Source: Utricularia gibba (taxonomy: Eukaryota; Plantae; Magnoliophyta). From it: a stretch of 64,000 bases of DNA. This document shows, piece after piece, positions 12,276 to 24,494 of the stretch. Made by a program: the position numbers and the translations under genes. The DNA is taken from the NCBI GenBank assembly GCA_002189035.1, contig CM007989.1:2728001-2792000 (forward strand), written 5' to 3'. Below the pieces are notes generated by a model. It was not told the origin of the DNA, ran no database searches, and worked only from the letters and a program-made list of their open reading frames with translations. Positions within the stretch are counted from its first letter, which is position 1, and each line of letters opens with the position of its first letter.

Positions 12276-14993
12276 TCACGTTAAACTACTGAAGCTCTCC
12301 ACGGGCTCTGATTCCTGGAGCAAGGACGCTGCCTGGAAGCAGTCGGCTGCGTCGCTCAGGCGTCCATCTTCCTTGTGAACGCATCCTAAATGGAACCAGG
12401 CCATGTGGTTGGTGGGTTCGATGCGCAGAGCATCCGAGAGAAGGGTTCGAGCCACGGGCAGCATTTTCGGCCCCATGCTCATCAACAGGGCGCCCAGCAG
12501 GATCTTGCTGGGAACGTACTTGGGTTCCAAGAGAAGAGCATTGATGTATGCGGCCATGGCGATCCTGGTCTCTCCTTGCTTTTCAAGCATAACACCTGAG
12601 ATGATAACATAACAAGGATGGAAGGCTGAATCTAACAACGCAAACGCAATGCCTCACATCTTACCATGGGCGTGTAGTATTTCAGGAGAATACTCTTTAA
12701 GTTCTCTAGCTTTATCCAAGCAAACCTCTACATCCTTCCAATGAGAAAGGCTCGAGTATAGTTTGGCAAGTCCGAGCCAAACTTCGTATTCAATGACAGC
12801 TTCATCTTGGTTCTACAGAGAAGAAAATCATCAGCGGGGAGGTAACTTCTTGGAATCAAGTAGAATGCAACAAATGACTGGACACGGCAGTACCTGAGGT
12901 ACTGTTCCAAGAGGGCCATATGATTTTTTTTGGGCTTGCACCAATGCAAGAAGATGACGGTAAGTTTCTATGGCATCTTTGTGTAGTGACTGCGAGCATT
13001 TGAGAATTGCTTTCGTCCTGAGAAGAGGACCTTGATCCCATCTCGATGTTTCATCTAGTGCGGCATCAATAACAACTCCGGACTCTGAAAATCGTTGCTG
13101 GGCAGATAGAATAAGAGCAAGGAGTCTCCAACCCCGGATCACGGATCCTCCAGTTGCATCTAGGTACTGCTTGGCATATCTTAAAGCAGCATCCAGATTA
13201 CGGTGTTCAGCATGTTGAATACCCAACTCAAATACAAGATCTGAATTCTCAACCTCCAGAGCTAAAGCACGATCTAATGCTTTAAGAGCCTCTGATTGAA
13301 GGTTAGACCTCTCAAAATCTGAAGAAGAAATCTTTGCTTGCTTTCGTAAGCAAAGGCCTAGCATATGAAAGCAAACACCTTGTAAGTGCGAATTTGCTCC
13401 ACCTGCATTGGCAACCGCCCTTTGAGCATATTTGACTCCCTCAGCAGCAAGACAAACACTGTCACTGCATATTTTCGCAGCAAGCAGCAAAGACATGATA
13501 TCATTTGGCTCCTCATTCTGGTTAAGAGTCTTTCTCAGCAAATCTAATGCAGAACTATTACGTTCAGATCCACAGAAAGATATTGCCATGATTTTCCACC
13601 GTTCAATACGCGTCAGTTCTCCTGGCATCACCTCTTCAAGTTGCTTTGCTAAAACTGATGTTTGGCCGCATAGAGATAGAGCAAAGGAAAGATGCTCCAG
13701 TACTGACTTATCCCACTTGATCTTACCCAGGTAAGACTTTCTCATGAGAATCATCAGAAGCAAAATTGCCTCTTCAAGATTATTTCTAGGAACATATGAG
13801 CCATCAATCTGCGAGGCTAAACTTGGCGGACCAGCCTCAACCCCACTGTACAACAAAAAAACTGCAAATTCTTTTTGAATCCTTGCACAACACTCATTAT
13901 CAAGATTCCATTGACTAAGTAGACCTCGCCGATAAGCTGCTATTGCTTCAGAATAGCACTTGGCCTGCTTCCATAACTCCGGAAGAAGTTCAACAGCACG
14001 ACTGACAGTTTCTTGAAGCTTATCTTCAACCATCACATCGGGCACACCATCAGAAAATATGTTTTCTACTGCGTCAAGAACACTTTTACATACAACAGCA
14101 GCTTCTGAAAAATTATCAAGAATAATGTTATCCCATCAGAAGACTGTTTGTTATGCCCCCTTAAACACATGCATGAGAAGTTTTTAAAATCAGAAGTGAA
14201 TATTACCATTAAATTTTCCAAGCTTCTGAAGTGATTTCGATTTCAAATATACAGCCTCAAGGAGCAGGCTTGTTGCATACTGTGAAATAGACGATGGTAC
14301 ATCACTACGAGAGCGCCCCTTTTTTGAAGTTGGTTTATCAGATTGAGATTGTTGCATCCGTTGAATGGCTGCTTGAAGATCAATACCTTCAAATACATGG
14401 AGGGCAGCTTCCACATTGCCTCGCTGATATTCTATCCTCCCAAGGAGAGCTCTTGCTTCCTGAAAATAATTTGATATTGTGTCACTTGGCACTTACCTTG
14501 GATCCATTATGAAAAAAAAAAAAAAACAAGTTGTATCGCCAGGTAAAGCATATACACTAGAAATACGACACTAGCCCTCTGTCAGTCAGCATTGTCAAAA
14601 ATTAATGCTTACTTGGTATTGCAAACCCAACCTACCACGAACACTCAATATGATATTAACATATAATACCTAAATACTGGAAGGAACACCCATTAGCAAT
14701 GTCACATGAGAAAAATAGAGTCAACCCACGAACAAACTTGCATTTTTGTCGACAAAGAATAGAACTTTAAGCTCACAATAAAAAACGCAGCAGTTTTTTT
14801 CTCTAAAAATATGTTAAACCTCAGAATTGAGTGATAGCCCTTCCCGCAATGCAGATTCAGCCTCTTGAATATTTCCCCCATTCAGCATCGCCTCAACTTC
14901 GTCGGTTTTTATCCGAGCTCCGTTTGCCACAACCTGACGAATAGAGGGATCATTCTCCCAATCAGACAAACCCGTTGATTCTCTTTCAGACAT
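12276..14993 (-). CDS. NPG1: NO POLLEN GERMINATION 1 family calmodulin-binding TPR protein, 5 exons
   Basis: GNIQEAESALREGLSLN|EEARALLGRIEYQRGNVEAAL, LLSQWNLDNECCARIQK, GWRLLALILSAQQRF, LLSDALRIEPTN and DCFQAASLLQESEPVESF; the splice junctions I checked are in frame. Confidence 0.93.
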
Positions 14994-16283
14994 GTCTGAA
15001 TCCAATCTGCTGCCATGGCAATTCGAGAAAAAACAACATCGAGTCATTCCAAACAGCGTCGACCTCGGATCAAGACAATGCGAATGCTGTTAATTACGAA
15101 TCCTATACAGCATGATCCACAAAAGACCCAAACAGAACAAGTAAACGAGGAAATTGACAAACCCAGATTAGGGGGATTCAGAGTTCTCCGATCGTCGGAG
15201 CTGGGGCAATGGGGATCAACCTTGAATAACGGTATCCCGAGTCCAATCCCTTCTTCATCTCAATGGCATCCGCGAATGGTTGATGACAGTTAGCCATTAT
15301 TTTCCCAATGCCACCACATCTGCACATCCAGCTATTCCAACCTTTTTTCCCCCAATAATTAAATTTAAAAACCCTCCTCTTTCATATTTTTCTTTTTTGC
15401 GCCTACTTAATTACTGAAAATGTTATAACATAAAAATTCATAAAATCGAAAGTGTCTTTTCGATTTTGTCGGGTTTTTTGGTTTTATGTTTTTTTCCCTC
15501 CCCTGCTACAGACAACACAAACTGAAGAAACGCCCTTGTAGTAACAGGGCGTGTAATGACAACTTCAGTTGGACGTTGGGTTGAATAAGGTTTGCAAATT
15601 AGAGAAAAAAGGGGCAAATGGGTGGCAAATAAGCACCACAGAAGGTGGGCTGTTAGCTGTACTGGCTGGAGGCATCGACAAGAAAGGACAAAGCTTAGAA
15701 ATGGGAACAGAGAAAGGGTTTGGGATAGGAGTATTCATAGTGTTGAAGCTGGTCCTTACCAGGTGAATCACATCAACAGGACGAGGCAATCATGTACGTA
15801 ACAAGGAGAAGGGAGGTGACCGGCGAATGCCGCAATAGCAATCCAGGAGAGATGAGATCATCACTCATTCAGAACCAACACCGTTCTTCATTGACTGTCA
15901 TTGCTGCAGTCGATAATGGGGAGAAGTCCCAGATCATGAATGAGCAGCGAAGAGAAAGATTCACCTACAGAGGGGGTTGATTACTTTCCTACAGAAACAC
16001 ATTACGGATGCTGTAATACGCAATTGTACAGTCATAAAGTCGATGCATTTATGAGGTCTAACAAAGGGTGCTCTGATCTGACCCCAGAAAGTAGCCAAAA
16101 ATTGGAAAGCACAAACCTTTTCCCTGTGTCTGGATTCACTTTAAGCAGCATCAATTGTGAATCAAAACCATGAAATCCCCGTTATGGTTCCTTGAGAGGT
16201 TAAAAAACTATAAGTGCACGTTTGGTTGGGTAGCAATCAAACGTGCCCTAAGAGACAATACCACAAGCATCTGGTGGGCAGCT

Positions 16284-16457
16284 CTATTCCTCATCTCCCC
16301 GTTTCTTGGGCTTCCGGTAGTTTTCTTCAAGATGCTTCGCAATCAGCATGCCAGTATTGAAGAGCTTCTGAATGTTGGGAACATCGTAATTCTGGGCTGC
16401 GTAGATTCCGAATGCGGTGCCCAAAAGGAACGAGAAGCCCCTCTTCAGTATTCCCAT
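16284..16457 (-). CDS. 57-aa short transmembrane mitochondrial protein 1 (STMP1/DUF4535)-like microprotein
   Basis: MGILKRGFSFLLGTAFGIYAAQNYDVPNIQKL carries the G-x-Y-x-AQNY-x-VPN signature, followed by a basic/acidic tail. Confidence 0.8.
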   Translation of the reverse strand: MGILKRGFSFLLGTAFGIYAAQNYDVPNIQKLFNTGMLIAKHLEENYRKPKKRGDEE

Positions 16458-17009
16458 TTCCGGCAATTTCAGCGACAAACGAGTTCAAAAAATCGTGGAT
16501 CCGCACCACTTCAGAATTCAAATGAAACCTGCGAGGAAACAAATCGTCCACGTTTTGGACAAATCAAATAAAACAGTAGACGAACGGCGGTCGCCGGAAT
16601 TTCGATCCCAGGACGACGTCGTTTCGAACACCAATTCCTCCAAAGAAACCAATCCGAAACTCTGGTTTGTGAAGCCGCGTCGACTGAGGGTTATGACTTT
16701 TTTGCAGCAAATCCAATTTTGAGTACAAAAAAATAGATTATGAATATAAAAATAAAATAATAAAGAAATAAAATTATTATGTGTAATTAAAGAAAATAAT
16801 ATCGAATCAAATAACGTTTTCTGAAAATAGCTCTTGCCACCTATTGGTCAATTACGCAATATGTACAGTTTAATAAAAGTCATGAGTTGACCGTTCATGA
16901 ATCGCCACCGCCATCGGGCACTAATAAATATCTGTGCGTTGAGGGAGGGAAGACCGTCACCAGAAATCTTCCCATTTCGCCGGAGATCTACTTATCGATT
17001 TACGAAGTA

Positions 17010-18425
17010 ATGCACAAGACACCATCCTCCTCCTATCTCGGCCCCGGCGGCCTCGATCTCTCCAAGTCCTTCTTCACCACGCTCCCTGGCGTAGAACATC
17101 CTTCGCCGACCAAACGCCGCACCAAGATCACCGTCGTCGGTGTTGGAAACGTCGGTATGGCGATTGCTCAGACGATTTTAACTCAGGATCTCGCCGATGA
17201 ACTCGTCCTCGTCGACGCCAACCCGGAGAAGCTCCGCGGCGAGATGCTCGACCTCCAGCACGCCGCTGCGTTCCTCCCACGGACCAAGATCCACGCCTCC
17301 GTCGACTACGACGCCACCGCGCACTCTGATCTTTGTATTATCACCGCAGGAGCGCGGCAGAACCCCGGGGAGAGCAGACTGGATCTCCTCAGCCGAAACG
17401 TCGCGATTTTCAAGAAAATAGTACCGCAGTTGGCGGCGTACTCGCCGGAGACGATTATTCTCGTGGTCTCGAACCCGGTTGACGTGCTCACCTATGCCGC
17501 GTGGAGATTTTCTAGGTTTCCGGCGAATCGGGTAATTGGGTCCGGTACGAATTTGGATTCGTCCAGATTCCGGTTCCTCATTGCTGATCATCTTGATGTG
17601 AATGCCCAAGATGTGCAGGTCGGTATCCTCTGTTCCCTTAATGATACAATTCCTTTTCTAATTCTAGTGGAAATCGAATCTTGACGTTGAATTAAGTGCT
17701 TATCCCTGTTGAGTAATACAGTGATTAGACTGTAATTTCTTATCCTTATGACTACTATTTGGATTGCCTGCAAGAGGCCATTACATGAGTATCCAGCTAC
17801 TTTGTATGCATATGTGTTTTGAGTACTTGTTCCCATTCTGAACCGGAACAATACCAGTTCGAGTTCAATCCAACCTCTCCAGAGGTGGATGTAACCTGCC
17901 ATGATGTCTATGTTCGATCCAGGATTCCCTTTTGAAAGCTGGATGGATTATTTTGTTGGGTGTATACTGCAGGCCTACATCGTGGGGGAGCACGGCGATA
18001 GTTCGGTGGCGCTATGGTCAAGCATCAGTGTGGGCGGAGTCCCGATCCTAAGCTTCTTACAGAGACAGCAGATCGCGTACGAGAAGCAGACCTTGGAGAA
18101 CATACACAGAGAAGTTGTGCAGAGTGCATACGAAGTCATACGCTTGAAGGGGTACACCTCTTGGGCCATAGGCTACTCCGTGGCGAACCTAGCCCGCAGC
18201 CTGCTTCGCGATCAGAGAAGAATCCATCCCGTGTCGGTCCTCGTCAGCGGTGTCCATGGCATCGAGTCCGGGAGTGTGTTCCTTAGCTTGCCTGCTATGC
18301 TCGGACGGGGCGGAGTGCTGGGGATCACCAACGTTAGCCTCTCTGAAGAAGAGACCCAACAGCTTCAAAACTCTGCCAAGACGCTGATGGAGCTGCAAGC
18401 GCAGCTGGACTATTTGATTGGCTGA
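17010..18425 (+). CDS. LDH: L-lactate dehydrogenase, canonical copy; exons 17010-17618 and 17973-18425 (353 aa)
   Basis: [36 protein letters not shown] and GYTSWAIG are all intact; GT-AG intron in phase 0. Confidence 0.96.
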
Positions 18426-18624
18426 GCTTTGAACGAATCTACTGCTATCTTATAAACCACTTTGTCTAATGTGTGTTGTCATTTCGGATTGAAAAAGGAG
18501 ATTTTGTGATTATTATAAAAGATATTCATGAAATATGAATAATAATAACTCGACCCACAAACAAAGACACGAGTGCAAGTGATGAATGAAGCATCGATGA
18601 CCGGAAAGACACCGGAGCACCGAC

Positions 18625-19004
18625 TCAGGCACACTGGAACCCAGACGGAACCTTCTTCCCGCAGTAGTTCAACAGAAGGCTCAAAGAAACAGGCACATTG
18701 AGATGAATCCCCAGTACATTCGCCTTAATGGCGGTGCAGAGGCACGCGGCGGCCTCAAGGTCCACGAGATCCTCGATCAGGGAGCAGCAGGGGTACTTGG
18801 GCGGGGTTCCGATGACCAGGTTCAACAGCCCGTTAAGCACGTCCGCGCACACGCCGAGCTTCAGAGCGTCCCTCGGGCACTTCGCTGTCCGGACGGGGGT
18901 TTGGGGTACTTATGCGGCGGCGGGGGACAAGGGACGGAGGAGGCGGATGCAGCGGCGAAGAGGAGGACGTTGAAGAGCAGAAGCACAGCTGCTTTTGAGG
19001 CCAT
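18625..19004 (-). CDS. Hybrid proline-rich protein (DC2.15/pEARLI1-like, 8-Cys motif); 1-bp frameshift at about 18889
   Basis: Signal peptide plus [13 protein letters not shown] in one frame, and [16 protein letters not shown]...PCCSLI...[10 protein letters not shown]...[12 protein letters not shown] in the next frame. Confidence 0.9.
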
Positions 19005-20501
19005 GGTGCTGCAACAACTGAGGCTGTGGATGCTGAGAGTGAGTCCCATGTGGTGTATTTATAGTTGGGAATGTGATGCATTAAAAAAACGAAAATAAGC
19101 AGTAAACTGGCACTCAACAAGAGAAGACAGGAAGGGGTTAGCCGGGTTAAGCAGCCATGTGAGCATGATTTGAAGGTCTGATGGTGAAGGGAGCATGGAG
19201 AGCATTCAAAAAGATGACACAGTGGATCCCCCCACCGCTGCCCATGAAGGTGACTATTCATGTCCTCTCCCGATTTTTCTAGTCTAGATATGGAATTACA
19301 AAATGTGTGGCCACCAACAAACCTTCACATTTTTTTTTTCAAAATAAATATATATTTTCGCATTTTAATAGAGGGAGACAGCTAGAGAGATTCCTTGTTT
19401 TTTTTCAGAATAAAATAATAATTACAATAGTGACGGATATGTCCCTCCAAATTGTAAGAATTGATATAAATTTTGGTTTTGACAGATATTAAATATTAGT
19501 AGAATTATTTTATATTTTTATAGAATATTATTAAGATATTTATGAAAACTTATCTAAAAAATAATATTATATTTTACTATTATAAGATTAATTAAATCTA
19601 TCTCACAAATGAAATTGTCTTCTATCTTGATTGAATGATTAAATAATCAAATGTTTTCATATCTAATCTTTGAAATTTAATTATCAAATATATGATTAAT
19701 ATATTGTGTAACATAGAATAATATTTTATATCCTATTGAACAAATCATAAATATTTGAATTCAGATTCATCTTACATTACTAGAGAAATGACTATTCAAA
19801 ATAAGAGTTCTAATAAAAGTTATGAACTAAGAGCAACAAGAACACATAAGCTCAAAAAGCAACAACTCTTGTTCATTTTTTTTCCTTTGACATCGTAACT
19901 TTGCCTTCCTTGTTATTCGGGTTCATAATCTCTTAAGCAACTTTTGATTCGTTCGTATTTTTTTCTAATAATTTATCTCAATAAGATTATTTTTCTAATG
20001 ATTGATTCTTACTGTATACATTACATTGTTTCGAATCTCATTTCAAGATTGTCGTATTGAGCCATGAAAGCTGATCGTTGGATTCAACTTGAAATTTCGT
20101 TCATGTCATTTAAAGAGGCTGAACGTGACCGACTTGCAACTTACTTCGACGTGATGATTCTCACTATGTACAACACAATGTTTCAAAGATCATTCAAAGC
20201 CGATCGTCGTTGGAGATGTTGGTTTTCTTCATTCTCCCTATTGATGATATTCATGATGTCATGTGCAGAATCACATTGAATCTGCAAGGCTGAGTGCTTA
20301 GGTAAATCATTGGGTTAGGACATGGCTGTGAGCCAGTTTATTAAAGGGTTAGGTGAGTTATTAGTGTAATTAGAGGATGTCACCCGTGATTTGATTACTT
20401 GGTGCGTCTTTTTGAGTGTCGTGAAGGAAATAGGGCACCACCCTCTCCCAGTTTATTGCAAGTTACACAGAGATGCAGGAAGCAGCAATCAAATGGAAGA
20501 C

Positions 20502-20935
20502 TCAGAGAGGAGGGCAGACAAAGCCAGGAGGGGATTCAATCCACATGTTGCGAGCACCTGAAGGGCCAAAGGAAGGAATATGTTGAGATTCAGAAGCCTG
20601 AGTCTCAGACTGGTGCACAGGCAAATCGCTGCTTCAAGCTCCAGCAGCCCCTGGATCACCGGGCAGCAGGTGTTGGCCACTGGATCTCCAAGGCCGATGT
20701 GCACCAACCCTCCCAGTACATCCACACACAGCCCCAGTTTCAGAGCGTCTATCGGGCATGTTGCGGCTGCCGGCGGTGGCGGCGAGATGGGAATCACCGG
20801 ACGTGGACTTGGAACACGACGGCGGCGCGTGTTGGGAGTAGGTGTAGAGGTGCAGTTGAGCCGTGAAGCTAAAGCTTGTGGAGTGAAGAACATGCACAGA
20901 AATAGAACGGCAGCAGCCTTGACGATGGCTCCCAT
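20502..20935 (-). CDS. Second hybrid proline-rich protein (8-Cys motif); 1-bp frameshift near the C-terminus
   Basis: Signal peptide, Pro-rich linker, CPIDALKLGLCVDVL, CCPVIQGL, ICLCTSL. Adding one C restores the typical end CGLNPPPGFVCPPL* (stop at 20502-20504). Confidence 0.9.
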
Positions 20936-22320
20936 GGTGAGCCAAGCTTGGGATTTCCGTGACGCCGTCTCTTGAAGAAGACTAGTATTTATAGGATAAA
21001 TTTGGTTTTTTTATATAACTTAAATTTTACAATTATAATTAAATGTATTTAGAAATATTTTATTTTTAATATTTCATGTAATTATGAGATCTCATCCAAA
21101 ACGAGATTAATCCTATGCTGATTATGAATGAGATAAAATAGATTAAACATAATTACCACACGAACTTTATACGATAAAATTTCAAAATTATAGCATGTTT
21201 AAACTGAAAATCTCAAAATGGGTAACCATTGTTGATTCTTCTAATTCAAAAGAACATAAAATCATTAGTAAATTATAACACAAATGGGAGTTAATTCTTC
21301 AGGGAATGATTTGACAATGAAATAGTGGTAGGTCCTGCGAGGCTCTCCATCCCTGTGTTCGTTGAGAACCCGTGAACAAGAATGGGGTTTAAGTCTTCCT
21401 CCCCACTGTTCCTCCTCATGGAAAGCACAAGTTTCACAGCTTGGCGTCCCTGTAGACGACGTTAGAAGTGACATTAACTTGGAGGTTTTCCCGACATGAA
21501 CGCCACTCCGTGACTCTCAAAACGCTGAGTCACATTGGGTTTTTATCATCTGGCATTAATAAATGGAGTTACGGATGAAAAATAGGATGAACTCTCACAT
21601 TAAATCGTGAAGTAAAAACAGTAACAAAAAATGAAGATTTTGGATTGAAAAAATAAGTGAATGAAGAACAATGTTTATTGCAATAGAGTAGATATAAAGA
21701 TAAACTGTGGACATCAGCTTTTATAAATTCAAAAGTAACAAACTTCAAATGAAAACAGAATCTAATGATACCATGTAATGAGACTAAATTTCAGATATTA
21801 ATAGCCTAACAAACCCAGAAGGCTGATTGAGTTACCCACTTCCAATGGCTGAGTAGTCTTTATTAATTGGTCTTATTTCAGTATTCCAAAATTATCTTCT
21901 AATTTAGCAGAAGTTCGTTCAACACATGAAACACCAGATTGAAAAGTGCAGTGGATAGTTATCAGGATGTAAAAGTTTTTGTTACCATGATCTGTGCAAA
22001 AGGGGGCAGGCATACCCATCTCAGAAAGCATTTCAGAGAAGGGGTGGAGTAGATGAGGATGATTTTCGAGAGTGAAACAGCCAGCTTCTCTGGATCTTCA
22101 ATTTTCATGGCAATGCCTTTTTTTCTTAGAATCAGCGTTTTTGAAATTTAGCACCAAGTGGGACAACAATGGGAGGTTTTTTATTACATCATTCGCCGCT
22201 TATTGGCAGGTAATCACAGACACGGTCTGTGGACAACGCGACACTTTGGAGACACTGAAACACAACACTCTGCGGCTTCTAGTACGAGTTGAACATTAGT
22301 ATCCATCATCCTCCACATAA

Positions 22321-23480
22321 TCAGTTCTTGACTTTCCCTTCACGATCGAACGACCCTTGCACTTCAAGCAGTGTTTCAGCACACTTTCTAAGCTGCTGGC
22401 TCTCTTCCTCAGAGAGACTGAGGTTGGCGATCCCCAGTACTCCGGACCTTCCAAGCAAAGCCGGCAGGCTGAGAAACACTTGGCCGCCGTCGATCCCGTG
22501 GACGCCCTGGACGAGGACCGAGACGGGATGGATTCGTCTCTGGTCGCGCAGCAGGCTGCGGGCTAGATTCGCTACAGAGTAGCCGATGGCCCAAGAAGTG
22601 TACCCCTTCAAGCTTATGACTTCGTATGCACTCTGAACTACCTCCTTGTGTATGTTCTCCAGGGTTTGCTTCTTGTATGGGATCTGCTGTCTCTCCAAGA
22701 AGCTTAGGATCGGCACCCCACCGACGCTGATGCTTGACCAGAGCGCCACCGAGCTGTCGCCGTGTTCCCCCACGATGTAGGCCTACAAGAAAGATCGCAC
22801 TTCGCTTCAAGTGTTTTTTTTTTAATAATTTTTCAATTAAAATAATATAGAAAAAAAAAAGTGATTCGGACCTGGACATCGTGAGCATTCACATCAAGAT
22901 GATCGGCAATCAGGAATCGGAATCTTGAGGAGTCCAGATTTGTACCCGACCCAATAACCCGGTTCGCGGGAAAGCCGGAAAATTTCCATGCAGCGTAAGT
23001 GAGCACGTTGACGGGGTTGGAGACCACGAGGATGATAGTCTCCGGGGAGTATGTTGCTAAGGGAGGCACAATCTTCTTGAAAAGGGCGATGTTTCTGTGG
23101 AGGAGATCCAGTCTAGTCTCCCCGGGGTTCATGCGGACGCCGGCGGTTATGATACAGAGATCGGAGTTGGCGGTGGCGGCGTAATCGACGGAGGAATGGA
23201 TCTTGGAGTGGGGGAGGAAGGCGGCTGCATGCTGGAGATCGAGCATCTCACCTCGGAGCTTGTCGGAATTAGTGTCTATGAGAACGAGTTCATCAGCGAG
23301 ATGCTGGGTGAGTATAGTTTGGGAAACCGCCATGCCGACGTTTCCGACGCCGACAACGGTGACCTTGGTATTGCCTTTGGTCGGAGGCTGCGGCTTCCCT
23401 CCGGCTAGCGGGGTGAAGAATGACTTGGAGAAGTCGAGGCCACCGGGGCCAAGGAAGCAGGACGACGGAATCTTGTGCAT
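22321..23480 (-). CDS. LDH: L-lactate dehydrogenase paralog, inverted; exons 23480-22872 and 22782-22321; variant loop GVRM and NPVN
   Basis: Intact ORF with the same intron position as the first LDH; the catalytic His, Asp and Arg motifs are retained. Confidence 0.94.
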
Positions 23481-24494
23481 TGTAGCAGGATGGAAGAAGG
23501 AACCTCGATGACAATTTTAGTGGAGACTAAAGGCGGCGGATATCCTATTTATAGACGCCGGCGAATACCCAGCCCTCCTTCTCAGGCATCACCAAATCCA
23601 ACCATACAGAAACGAGCTCACTCCATGTCTCGCCATCCTAGTCAAGGGTAACCAACATCGAATCCTGCGCTTTGGATACAGTAACCGCAAGTCATCGACG
23701 GATCCGCACCAAAGAGAGCGATGTCAAACCTCCAGCTAACATGTAGAAAAATGCAATCTACTGCAACAAGTTACATTCATAGAATTCCTGATGTAAGCAT
23801 CGTGGATATCACCCTATTGTGTCACCAAGTTGACTTGATCCCATTCAATTGAAAAGATCATTACAAGCATCTGTTTTGTATTTAAACATACAATTTTATA
23901 TAAAGATTTGAAAATGAAATAATTAAATATATAATTGATTATAAATCACTAATAATTATTTTGATATAATCTTTTCTAATAAGATTTACATTTGTTCCAA
24001 CCCATCATATATTTAATTTTAACATTCTCAACCATGAATGTGGCATTTTACTATGTTATGTCTTCAATCGCATCCAATTTTTGACATCTTAGGCGTTCTC
24101 GGTTGTATCGATTCTGCACCTTCTTTGAGAAAAGAAGCTGTGTGCTTCATGGGTCCATCCTACGATAATACCACCATCGAAGCTTTCGCACAGAAGTTAC
24201 TGCCGAGAGATGGGAATTAAAATGGTACGTATCTATCGTATTCAAAGTCATACCACCAACCTGCCGACGGCGCCGACGAGGCAATGCATGATGCATATGA
24301 TTACAGAATTCTTCCTTGAAATCAACAATTCAATCCAGGGGTTTTGTGCCATAATCCCATCAGAGAGTGAGTCTGCACCAAAGACACCATGGGCTGCACA
24401 CCGTTTCAATTTGAACCAGTTCCCGGTTCTCCTCCTCCCTCGTATAAATTGTGCAGGCACTGGTCATCTCTTCCAGTGAAATCAAGATTGCAAC

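Noticed and set aside
15565-15960. Short ORFs and splice-like signals between the STMP1-like gene and NPG1
   Set aside because: No recognisable protein; probably UTR or intergenic sequence.
19930-22300. Short ORFs and small direct repeats between the HyPRPs and the second LDH
   Set aside because: No TIR, LTR, TSD or transposase motif found.
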